A model generated the notes under the pieces. The model ran no database searches and was not told the DNA's origin. It saw only the letters and a list, made by a program, of their open reading frames with translations. A DNA stretch of 53,776 nucleotides, filler included, from Stramenopiles sp. TOSAG23-3 (lineage: Eukaryota): assembly GCA_900128585.1 (NCBI GenBank). It is 4 parts of 4 records of this genome, joined end to end, with 100 filler letters (N's around TTAATTAATTAA, not from the genome) between each part and the next. Parts side by side here need not be neighbours in the genome. Positions count along the whole stretch, not along the records: positions 13,506 to 26,888 come from LT642629.1; positions 26,989 to 40,347 come from LT642630.1; 2 more parts are not named here. One strand, 5' to 3'. Each line of letters starts with the position of its first letter. The stretch's first letter is position 1. Both the position numbers and the translations under genes were made by a program. Shown piece after piece: positions 21,847 to 32,212 of this stretch.

Positions 21847-24800
21847 TCACCCGCAATCACCCACAATGCCTATGTTTGCCTTTTGAAGGGCAGATACAAA
21901 GTTTTCTATGCCCTGCCTTTCGTTGCCGTGAAAAGCGACGTTCAATTTAGTTTTCTTGCCAGATTTGACACAGAATCCTTCATAACAAGGTATACCAAAT
22001 ATTCCGTTTCTTACATTTTTCCTCCTTTCGACAAAGTGGTGGGAGGGAGCCTTGTCAGTGATATGAAACTCTTCAAGGCTGCATCCATCGTTTTTTTTCA
22101 ATTCCACAACGCAGGTATTTTCAAGTAGTTTCCATGTCATTTGACGCTCGCTCCACTTCCAGAATGGAACGTGCGTTGTTCTAACTTTTTTCTGAACATT
22201 GAAAATTTTCTTCTCCTCAGCACTGTCACTAACATGGTCTAATGTTGATTCCACGTTGATGTCCATTTCTTGTGTTTGGGCGTTAAAAATCTCTGTACGC
22301 TTGACTGGGGTTTCGAGGAACACAGTCGCATTACTTGTCAAACAGGAATACCCGCAGTTTTTAAGAGTAGAAACATGCTTGGGTCGCACCCAGTGAATAC
22401 TCAATGTGTTGTCTTCCGACACACGAACTAGCTTCTTTTCATGTTTTATGTCTGCCCACTCTTTCCTATCCTCTCCATCATCCGTAGTCAACAATTTTTT
22501 AATTACTTCGTAGTTCGTTTTACAGTAGCACTTTCAGTGTTTCCATCGTTCTCCATTTTTTGATTTAAATATGAAATCGTTTCTTTGACATCATCCGTAT
22601 CGTCCGGGTTGCACGCGACAATCTGTTCCATTTCTTCTTGATAAGTAAGTGCATTTTGCAATGCTTCCTGGATGTTAGTGCCAAATATACTGAAAGGTAT
22701 GGGGAGACCAGCAAGGTTTCCAAGTTTTGCAGCAGCAGAAAATATTTTGGCACAAATCAATAGCATTGGTGCCACCTTGACCATGAGATTCCCAGGCATC
22801 TCTATTGGTATTCCCTCTCCAGGGATAGGATCTCCGGCAATACGAGGCTCCTCTTCATTCGGGAGTAGAATAGGACCTTCATCTAGAATAAATAAACGCA
22901 TGTGCCGCTTCCATGTTACGATTTCCAAAGCCTTTTTTTTCATTTGTTTCACCAATGACAGAATTGGACTGCCTGTACACGACTTTGAATGGTCTGGCAA
23001 TAGCAAAACGTAACGGGGAAGCTCTGTCTTCGTAACACCTACCATGACCTTGAATAACCCTTTGACNNNNNNNNNNNNNNNNNNNNNNNNNNNNNNNNNN
23101 NNNNNNNNNNNNNNNNNNNNNNNNNNNNNNNNNNNNNNNNNNNNNNNNNNNNNNNNNNNNNNNNNNNNNNNNNNNNNNNNNNNNNNNNNNNNNTTTCGCA
23201 TCCACTTTAAGCAATACTTGACTGTTTTTAAGAATTTTACTCACCTTCTCAAAGACTGACGCATGAACAGAGCCCTGAAAATCGCTTATTGTTTGAGACA
23301 GTTTCTTGTCTAATTTATCAAACTTTTCCTTGAATTGTTTCGTTGTTAAACATCGCATGGCCCAATTTTTCCCACGGTATGTTTCCACCAAAGTGTAAAT
23401 CTTTACAAACACATCTTCTACCGCTTTAGCCTGCTTTAGGACATGTGATACATTTCCGCCGCCACGTTGTTGAACCAACAATTCTTCTAATACTACGCCA
23501 AACGCATCTTCCAGACCCTCGCAACGCTTTAGTACCGATTTACATTGCTCTTCGTTTTTTGTGCCACCATCAATTAAAGATTTTATCTCCAAGCCGACAG
23601 TAATGATTCCGCCGATGACAGGTGCAGCTTTTGCCACTTCGACCAAACCTGCAACGCCCGCTACAGCTTCGATTATTTTCCCTATTGGTGTATCGCCCGG
23701 TCTACTCGCTTTTTTGCCACTCGTTGACGTTTGCTTGGCATCATGTCCAAGATATTCATTATACGCGGCCTTCGTCTTTTGCAGCGATTCCTTTAACTTA
23801 TCTGCGCCGTCGTACGCATCCGTCAAGTTTGATTTGACTTTCATGGCTCTCTGTCCTGCTGCTTTTGCTTGCGCCCACCAATGATTCTTTGATAAGACAT
23901 TTTCCTTCACGATCTCGTCGCACAGCTTGGAGCCGTTTGTCACACCACTACCGCTTTCTGTAAGCCAGGAGAGAATGGTTGGTGCAGCCTCTCCTCCTCC
24001 CGCGTTCGAGTTGGAATTTATCCATCCACCCTTTCCCAAACGTTTCACACTACCGAGTAAAAAGGTTTCGTGTTCACCATTGTGCTTTCTACACAGGTAT
24101 GTGGTAGGCGTAAATTGCTCTCGATAGAACTGGTTGGACATATCGCGTATAATCCCTTCTATCTCTTCCATAGTATTTGGGCATGTCCTGCGCGGGTCAA
24201 TGTAAACGTACAAACAATGCTCTTTAACAGATTCTACGATCCAGAAGTATTGCATTCCAAGAAACAATCGCGCTCTTAGTTTTTCAATGCGTATACATTC
24301 TAGTTTCATGTCAATTTTGATTTTGTCTTTCATTGCCATCGACTCCCCCAATTCATAACAACGCTGCACCACAGTGGCTACAACTCTTGATAATAGTCCG
24401 GTAGGTATAAACGGGGCACGGCTGTCGTGGTATCGAAGCTCCACTTTAAAATGCAAGCTTTCCCCCCTGCGCAACTCCCCTACTTCGATGCTATCTAACG
24501 GTTTACTGCCCCTTTCCATGAATACACTGGGAACTAAAAAGTACTTCCCATCTTGATCAAGATTTGCAAGCAGTCCAAACCTCACCATCAACTCAACAAC
24601 AGCGTCGCGCACTGTCGCATCATTGTCCTTTTCTCCCCAAAATGGAAGATGTTCCAGCAACGCTTTTGCCAGAACGCCGTTCTTCTTTAACAACTCCATG
24701 TTATACGCTTGGGATCCATCCGTTTCTGCCTTTTGTTCACCCTTGAATGGAGTAATACCATGTTCACGAATCACAGCCCCGATCATATCAATCAACCACT

Positions 24801-26888
24801 GTGGGTCCAAAACAACATACCTTTTGACGAGAGATGAAAACGTGAAATGGAGAAACAACCCAAGTTTATCCAGGTAGAGTATCATACTCATGCATTCGTC
24901 GGGTTCTATCTGAAAAGTTGAAGCGAAGCGTTCTAGTTCTGTGTATTTAACGTATCGTTTCGTGGAGAAATGTTTTGAATTCTGGACCGCGTCGACAAAT
25001 TTCATCCAGTTTATCGGGACGTTTTTTTTCACATACGGCTCCTCTCGTATTTCCCTCACAATAGCACGATCCAGCATTCGTGTCGTTGCCTCGCGCTCGG
25101 CGTCTCCACTTGTTTTGTTGTTGATCGGAAAAAAGCAAAGCCCCCCTTCGTTTTTCGTACGATTGCAGTCAATGATCCGTAACTTTGAGCGGATACTTTT
25201 TCTTGTCCCTGGCTGCCCAAGGATAGTGTCGATTTCTTCGTGAACGGTTCGGATTTCTTCATCGGTCACTTGGTCTTTTCTACTTCCAACCAAAAAGACT
25301 GGAGCACTGCTGTGCTCCTCCCCACCTCCTTCGTTTTTCCCAGCGTGCATCATAATGCTATTTAACCAAAACAAAAGAAAAGTTTTGGCACGCAATTTTC
25401 GTTGATTCACTGCATCTTTCAATTCCTCGTCCCATTTTTTTGTCTGGAGTTGTTTGATCCAACTTCCATCTTGCTTCACGGCTGCCCCAAGCCATTCTAC
25501 ACTTGGATCTTCATTCAGCAACGAGCACGTTGCGCATACGGCATGGCCCTCTTGGAATGATACACATTGTTTCTTTTTGCAGCATATGGAGCCACAGAGG
25601 AAACAGTGTTTGTATTGAGAAAACAGTATATCCAACTTGAAGCGTTGCGTACAGCGTGGGCCTTCTCCATTTTTTTTCTCGTACACTGTGCATCGATTTT
25701 GCCCTTTCCTGTTAAAAAGGGACTCTGGCGCCTGTCGCTTCCCAGACGGGCACCGTGCGCGATTCCGGACAGCATTTCGCCGATCAGTGGGTGTGGCACC
25801 ATCTAAGAAATCGGTCATTTTGAAGACCAGCACGTAGGCACCTTCGCGTTTTAGAAAAAGATGGTGAAGGGCATAAAAGACCTGTTGACCTCCGTAGTCC
25901 CACGTTGATACGGTTAGCCCGGGCAAGCTGCTTTGCTTCGACTGTCGTTTTCTTTGCTCTACCACAACGTCGGCGAGTAGAAGGTTTACATCCTCAACGC
26001 TGGTGGCCGTCGATGAATTCGAACGCGCTGCGCTTTCTGTACGAAACACGCTTTCCTGCCCTTGTTGTTCTACCCCCTCGTCATCACCAAGTTCACGCGT
26101 TTCGACGCTTTCGCTTTGCTGCTGTACTCCCTCTTCCTCACCAAGTTCAGGTGCTTCGATGCTTTCCCCTTCGCCGGTTGCCTCCACTGTCGCTATGTCA
26201 GCAGTTTCTTCGTTGTGCCCATGATCGTTTTGTGTCGCCTGGGGCCCTGCGTCGACTACGTTGGAATCTTGTGCAGAAGGTTTGTCGAGTACGTTGATGT
26301 CTTCTGTCGGTACTACATCGGCAGCCTGTGTCGGCATCGACAAAGCCCGCAGCGCGCTTGTTACAACTTCGTTGGTATGCTTTGCAGTTCCCGCTCCAAT
26401 CGTTTCTTCTACCAGAAGCTCAGTGCGATTTAATTGAATTGCTGCCGTAACATCGTGTTGGTACGAAAATGCTTCGCCACACAGACTTTTTTGCACACTC
26501 GTCTTGCCCACACCACCTTCTCCAACAAACATGATTCGTGCCCGCATCCAAGGGGCTAAGTTTTCAGGGTCCATAAAATGTTTCAATTGATGCCGCAAAT
26601 TATGGTGCTGGGCAGTTTCATAGTGCCAAACACGGATCGTCTTGTCATAAGAACCGGATACGATACGTGACCCATCATGGTTGAAAGCCACAGAATAGAC
26701 CCAATCAGAATGGCCTTTCAACGTCGTCAAACATGTTCCTGTCGACGTATCCCAGACACGGATCGTCTTGTCATCAGAACCGGATACGATACGTGACCCA
26801 TCATGGTTGAAAGCCACAGAACGGACCAAACCAGAATGGCCTTTCAACGTCGTCAAACATGTTCCTGTCGACGTATCCCAGACACGGA
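21847..26888 (-). CDS. WD40-Roc(FYVE-like insert)-COR-MLKL/HeLo-like ROCO protein, 5'-truncated; internal N gap and a frameshift near 22510
   Basis: WD40 repeats at 26630-26888. Roc motifs GEGGVGKT, WDYGGQ..FY..H.LFL, VGSRKD. COR motifs VPINW and VVLDPQWL. Helical bundle at about 23200-23690. After the gap a ROCO-type C-terminal region continues (PRYVLLLP, RLFIL.E, KVAP.L, AGLPIP), then ORF 21847-22494 follows in another frame. Confidence 0.85.
23067..23193. other. Scaffold gap (127 N) inside the ROCO gene
   Basis: Run of N without the linker, with coding sequence on both sides. Confidence 0.97.
26630..26888 (-). repeat. 126-bp tandem repeat encoding WD40 units (two full copies plus the start of a third, cut by the contig end)
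   Basis: Units start at 26630, 26756 and 26882. The two full units differ at 5 of 126 nt. Confidence 0.97.
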
Positions 26889-26988
26889 NNNNNNNNNNNN
26901 NNNNNNNNNNNNNNNNNNNNNNNNNNNNNNNNTTAATTAATTAANNNNNNNNNNNNNNNNNNNNNNNNNNNNNNNNNNNNNNNNNNNN
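26889..26988. other. Artificial contig-join linker
   Basis: N44-TTAATTAATTAA-N44. Confidence 0.97.
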
Positions 26989-27067
26989 GAAGAAGAAAGA
27001 AGAAGAAAGAAGAAAGAAGAAAGAAGAAAGAAGAAAGAAGAAAGAAGAAAGAAGAAAGAAGAAAGAA
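26989..27067. repeat. (GAAA/GAA)n purine microsatellite
   Basis: Pure A/G tract at the contig start. Confidence 0.9.
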
Positions 27068-27516
27068 ATTAAATATTTATTCGTAATTGTTCGGGGTACC
27101 TGGTACGGTATTAATATTAATACCAGGACCGGTTCGGTCCGAACGGGTGCCTGTTGTTCCGTATTAATACCTGTTCTGATAACCGGTATAATATAATATT
27201 TACGCGGTACAACAGGCAAGGAGGGGGAAAAAAAATTTAAAAAAAAATCGTTCGAAAGAAAAAAAGCTCAGCTCTTGCGTGCCTCAAAATAATAATACAT
27301 AACGCACGAGAAGAAGAAGGTTTACTACAGAAACTAACGTCTTAACATTTTTGATAACGAAGAGAAAGAGTGGGGAGGGGATTGTTAAAGAGAAAAAGGG
27401 ATCGAATTGACTTTATTTATTTTGAGCACGCACGGGTTGTTGCGTTTTTAGAGTAGCTAGCTAGGCGAATACCGCAGGATATTTTGTTGGGTTGGACGGG
27501 GCCAACCATCCCATCC

Positions 27517-28899
27517 ATGCCGGTCTCTTTAAAAGCACCGGGGAGGGCAGCAAAGGACAACAAAGTTTTGATTTTTCTCGCCCTTGCCCTAAACCTTTTT
27601 GCTGGGGGTGTAGTGTTTGGTTGGGGGGCGCTTGTTGTTGTGCTGCAACGGTATGGAATTTATTCGTGGGAGTGTGCTCCGTTTAGTGAAAGCTCAGCTG
27701 GGCTTTTGAACGGGACAACAACTAGCACCGCCGCGCCGGTCACCACCAGTTGCACCGAGCAGCTGTTGCGGCTGAACACGGTATTTCTTTGTGGAACCTT
27801 TGGTTCCATGAGCATGAGCTTCCCTAGCGGGCTTTTTATGGACAAAACGTCCCCGAAGAGTACCATATTTTTGGGTATTTTTCTGCACGTCGTCGGTGCA
27901 TTTTTGTTCTCCATCTCCTCGTTTACCTTGGACCTGTACCCAGTTGGCTACTTTTTGTCCGGGGCGGCCGCCCCGTGCATACTGCTTGGGGGAGTCACTA
28001 TCGTCGCCACCAACGTGGAAGAGCGGAGGAAAGGTTTCGTCATTTCCATTTTAAACGGATGCTATGACGCGTCGGCCATTGTTTGGCAAGTGTACCTGTG
28101 GCTGGACAACAGTGTGGTTGGCGGGGTCAGCGTTACTGCGTGGTTCCTGGCATACATCTGCGTCGTGGTTGTCCTGGGCATATGCACGCAGTTGATCGTC
28201 CCTGGTGCGCCCGAGCCTGCCCAAGAAGCGGTGGAGGTGTCCGTGGAATTGCCGTCGCTGTCCCCGGATGCGGTGGACGTTGTGGAAACGCCGCAGGAGG
28301 CCGCAGTCTCGCTAAAGGACCAGCCACTGTTCGAGCAAATTAAATCGAAAGAGTTTGTGACGTTTACCTGTTTCTTCTGCGTCGGGCTCCTCCGCTTCAG
28401 CTATTACATTGGTTCGGTCGATGCCCAGCTGACATGGTTGGGCCAAGAGGACGGCTCCTACACCATGATTTTTGGGGCCATACTGCCCCTGGGGGTGTTT
28501 AGCACGCCATTTATTGGCACGCTGCTTGATCGGAAAGGCTTGAAGGCCGGCTTCATGGCAGTGTATGCGTTCAAATTCTTGCATTCGTTGATTGTCCTGC
28601 TGCCGAACATCGACGCTCAGGTTGCTGGTTTCGTCACGTTTGCTATCTTTCGCGGGTGCTTTTTTGCCGTCGCCAGCGCATTTCTCGTCCAAACGTTCGG
28701 GCCCAAAACGTTTGGAAGAATCTTTGGGATATCGGCAACGATAGGGGCCGTGTTTTCCTTGCTGCAATCGCCGCTATTGGCGTTGTCCGTGGGAACACAA
28801 AACTTCGCCATCAGCAACTTGATTGTACTTGGCATGACCTTGGCCATATTTACTATGCACCTGTTCGTTTACTTTCTTGCTCCAACAAAAAATGCTTGA
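27517..28899 (+). CDS. MFS transporter, SLC43/LAT3-FMP42-like
   Basis: About 12 TM helices. FAGGVVFGWGAL..VL...GIY...C, C.EQLLRLN.VF, NGCYDAS, FGPKTFGRIFG. First ATG at 27517. Confidence 0.85.
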   Translation: MPVSLKAPGRAAKDNKVLIFLALALNLFAGGVVFGWGALVVVLQRYGIYSWECAPFSESSAGLLNGTTTSTAAPVTTSCTEQLLRLNTVFLCGTFGSMSMSFPSGLFMDKTSPKSTIFLGIFLHVVGAFLFSISSFTLDLYPVGYFLSGAAAPCILLGGVTIVATNVEERRKGFVISILNGCYDASAIVWQVYLWLDNSVVGGVSVTAWFLAYICVVVVLGICTQLIVPGAPEPAQEAVEVSVELPSLSPDAVDVVETPQEAAVSLKDQPLFEQIKSKEFVTFTCFFCVGLLRFSYYIGSVDAQLTWLGQEDGSYTMIFGAILPLGVFSTPFIGTLLDRKGLKAGFMAVYAFKFLHSLIVLLPNIDAQVAGFVTFAIFRGCFFAVASAFLVQTFGPKTFGRIFGISATIGAVFSLLQSPLLALSVGTQNFAISNLIVLGMTLAIFTMHLFVYFLAPTKNA

Positions 28900-29383
28900 A
28901 AGTTTTCGCAAGGTGTGCCCCTTGTGGTTGCGTGGTGGTCGGACCAATACCTTGACCTCCCTTTTCGCGCTTGGGCCGATGGTGGACGGTTGTGGTGTGG
29001 TTTGGTGGATGGTGTTTCTTCTAATTCTTTTTAGCGAGCCCATTTACAAAATGATGCTGTAATCCTGTATAAAAAACAGTTCCTATAATACTATTATTAT
29101 ATTATTAATATTATAATAAGTTTTTTACCACAACAACAACAAACAACAACAACAAAGAAGAAGAAGAAGAAGAAAAAAAAGAAGAAAAAATTTAATAATT
29201 TAATATATCATATACCCCCCCCCCCTCCAACAAAAACAAACAACGGAAGAAAAGAAATGGGTTGTTGAATAAATAGAAACGAAACATGTCGATCCCTTCT
29301 TGTAATTGACCCGAACATGTCAAAAGTAATGCTCATCGAAGACATTCGCTCGTTGCCGTGACGCACCAAGCAAGAGTTTTAGC

Positions 29384-30748
29384 ATGGAGGCGGGGCCCAA
29401 AAGTACTGGCGGGCCGAGCGAGGCTCTCGTAATGGACGTGAAGGAAAACAACGCCGGGTCGACTAGTGGCAAAAAGTCAAGGTACAGAGTGGAGGTTGAT
29501 AATGACCAAACAATTCCAGAGGGGGTGTTGGAAACAGTGCCCAGCGGTCATTGTTACCAGTATATAGAGCACCCGCAGATGCACATGGCTGACAAACGGT
29601 CTCTTCGCCCGGAGGAAGAATCCTTTTGTAAGAAATTCGAAACCGTGTACGGTATATATGCGTGGTGCAACGCGTTGGTGTTTTTTGTATCACCAAACCT
29701 TGCTGTGCGCAGAATCGAGTTCTCTGGGCAACGCTTTAAACGTGGCATTTTTGTTGTTGGATTCCTCGGCTTTGGTTTTCACATCGCCATTGACATTCTC
29801 GAAAGCTATATGTACCGTACTTTATCCAGTTGCATTACCTTTTTCATACTGTTCATATGGCATATGGTATTGAACACTGTTAGTGCCTCTGCTTTCATGG
29901 AAATGTTTTATGACATTCGAAAGCTACGGAATGGAAAAAGTGATGCAATAGAACGGTCACAAACTATTACTGTCTTGAAACCAATAATTAAAAAGAATAA
30001 TCCCAAGTCAGTTGGTATCAAGGCACTCGTTAATGGTGCCCTTTGGATGGCGCTTTTGTATTCGGAGGGAATAGTAGGCATGGAACTAGAATCGTTTGGT
30101 GTGGGGTTCGTTGTTGCTCACGCAGTATTCACGACGATTAATTTCGCTTTCATGTCGTTTTCCGATGGATTTGAATTGTACAGCATTGGAAAAATTGGTG
30201 TTGCGGTAGACGCGTTGGCATCAGATGTACATGTTTTGTGGAAAGAAGCCTACAGTCTTGGCACGGTGGAAAAGAACGATGCTGCCTGCGAGACCGCCCT
30301 CATAAAAGCCCTGGTTCGGTTACGCCGTGGCTTGGCGAAAGCGGAACGAACGTCGGGTAGTCTCATTGGCCTTCGCTTTACAATGTATGTAATGGTTTGT
30401 GTTACAGTTAGCATAAGCATTGCCACACAAGACTATTCTAAGAAGAGGTTTGTGCTAATATACCTAGTCTTGATTTTGGGCCCTATGCTGGGGAAACCAA
30501 TGAACGTAATGGCCTATAGCAAGGTCCTCAAACAGTTGGCAAGTTTGGAACGGGAGTTAAAAGAACTGAGTTACATGGAGGGGCACTCAAGTCTTTCCAG
30601 ATACCTTCATGACACGGAAAGGATTACGTTTCGGCTCCTGGGGGCCTCCATTGATTCCAACTTGGTAGTTCGAATCCTTCTCGTCGTTCTCTCGGTGGGT
30701 GCTACTTATTTGCAATACTATTTGCTTCGTACCCGGACCGGATCGTAA
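29384..30748 (+). CDS. Seven-TM protein, gustatory receptor-like / 7TM ion channel (DUF3537-like) candidate
   Basis: Seven hydrophobic segments with a long helical loop after TM4. C-terminal ITFRLLGASID..LVVRIL...TYLQY resembles the TM7 hairpin and TY..QF motif. Confidence 0.6.
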   Translation: MEAGPKSTGGPSEALVMDVKENNAGSTSGKKSRYRVEVDNDQTIPEGVLETVPSGHCYQYIEHPQMHMADKRSLRPEEESFCKKFETVYGIYAWCNALVFFVSPNLAVRRIEFSGQRFKRGIFVVGFLGFGFHIAIDILESYMYRTLSSCITFFILFIWHMVLNTVSASAFMEMFYDIRKLRNGKSDAIERSQTITVLKPIIKKNNPKSVGIKALVNGALWMALLYSEGIVGMELESFGVGFVVAHAVFTTINFAFMSFSDGFELYSIGKIGVAVDALASDVHVLWKEAYSLGTVEKNDAACETALIKALVRLRRGLAKAERTSGSLIGLRFTMYVMVCVTVSISIATQDYSKKRFVLIYLVLILGPMLGKPMNVMAYSKVLKQLASLERELKELSYMEGHSSLSRYLHDTERITFRLLGASIDSNLVVRILLVVLSVGATYLQYYLLRTRTGS

Positions 30749-30756
30749 AGGATATA

Positions 30757-30862
30757 ATCCAAGTGATTCATGTCGCATTTTAAAATTATTTTGGAAACCA
30801 ACCCAATGATATGCCTATGTTATAAATATCCCATTTTAAAATGCGACATGAATCACTTGGAT
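30757..30862. repeat. Perfect 30-bp inverted repeat with 46-bp spacer (MITE-like / 3'UTR hairpin)
   Basis: ATCCAAGTGATTCATGTCGCATTTTAAAAT at 30757-30786 and its exact reverse complement at 30833-30862. Confidence 0.9.
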
Positions 30863-31282
30863 GATGATCTCTTTTTTTTTGTCTAGTAGTTGTACCACCA
30901 CCAATAAAATAGAGGAGTATTTTTTATTTTTATATACCTGCTGTACAGTGTTGTGTACCTGTACCGTATAATACCTGGGTACGGGTAGTATTACCTGGGT
31001 AACAGGTAGTAGAACCGTAATATATTTATTTTTAAAATAATAACTACAACACTCTCCTCTCTCCTCCCGGCGGACAACGGACGACGACCCCACCCCACAC
31101 CCCACACCTTTTTATACGACTACCACCTTGTTGGTGGTACCTGCAAAATATTTTAGATATCAAACATTAGAGTGTATGTTCCGTTCCACTGAAACAAACG
31201 TGTAATGTTAGTGTAATAATTTATATTCGAAAGGATTGTCGAATATGTATGTATAAATCGTCAAAGCAATCGTAAGTTTGGT

Positions 31283-32062
31283 ATGAAACGAGACGGCATT
31301 ATTCGTTTCGTACTCGCAGGCTTTTGGATACTTTTGTTAGGGGTTCTTTGTGCGGTGCCCGTGTGTTCGACGAACCCACGAAGTTTCGACAACAAGAAAG
31401 ACATGGAACTCTCGGAGGGTGGGGAAACTGCCACCGTGATATTTTCCCATGGTCTTGGGGACACTCCAAATGGTTGGTTCCCTGTAGCCAAGATGATGAA
31501 GCCTCTCCACGGGAATGTCCGTTGGATTCTGCCGTGTGCTCCCAACAATCCCGTCACCGTCAACGGAGGGATGAGAATGACGAGCTGGATGGACATACTT
31601 GAAATTCCTATTTCCATAAAGTCGCCAGACAATGGGAAAGATATTGATGCTTCTGTCGAAATCATACACAAAATTATTGACGCTGAGATCGAACGGGGCA
31701 CCCCCGCAAACCGAATCGTCGTCGGTGGGTTCAGCCAGGGGGCTGCCCTTGCACCAGTAGCCGCCCTGCGGTACACGAAAGCAAAGCTGGGGGGTATCAT
31801 CATGTTTTCAGGTTGGGCCTTGCCAAAGCAAAACTTGGCGGAACTTGCAGCGGCGAGCAAAAGCAATGGCATCCCTGTGCTAATTGGGCACGGAGACAGC
31901 GACCAAGTGGTGCTTTACGAAAACGCAGGAAACGTCGCCGAAATTTTCCATGGTGCTGGGTTCTCCGACGTCACGGTGAAAACGTACAAAGGCCTCGGGC
32001 ACGGCTCTTGCCCGAGCGAGACCGACGACCTATCAGCATGGATAGGCCGCGTTCTGGCGTAA
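31283..32062 (+). CDS. LYPLA: Acyl-protein thioesterase / lysophospholipase (phospholipase-carboxylesterase family)
   Basis: ATVIFSHGLGDT, PVTVNGGMRM.SW.DI, GGFSQG nucleophile, GHGDSDQVV, YKGLGHGS. Confidence 0.92.
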   Translation: MKRDGIIRFVLAGFWILLLGVLCAVPVCSTNPRSFDNKKDMELSEGGETATVIFSHGLGDTPNGWFPVAKMMKPLHGNVRWILPCAPNNPVTVNGGMRMTSWMDILEIPISIKSPDNGKDIDASVEIIHKIIDAEIERGTPANRIVVGGFSQGAALAPVAALRYTKAKLGGIIMFSGWALPKQNLAELAAASKSNGIPVLIGHGDSDQVVLYENAGNVAEIFHGAGFSDVTVKTYKGLGHGSCPSETDDLSAWIGRVLA

Positions 32063-32212
32063 AAAAATACTGAACGTGAGAGTGTTGAGATTATTTTTTG
32101 TAGATGATGTACGTACACTGAGAATAGAGATTATATTCATTAACTACAAAATGTTTTCAATAGAAACTACTTCTTCATACGGCGTGCAACGTTACCCGCC
32201 CCATTGGACAGC

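Noticed and set aside
26630-26888. Tandem repeat as a CRISPR-like array
   Set aside because: The units are contiguous 126-bp in-frame WD40 coding repeats with no unique spacers, in a eukaryotic context.
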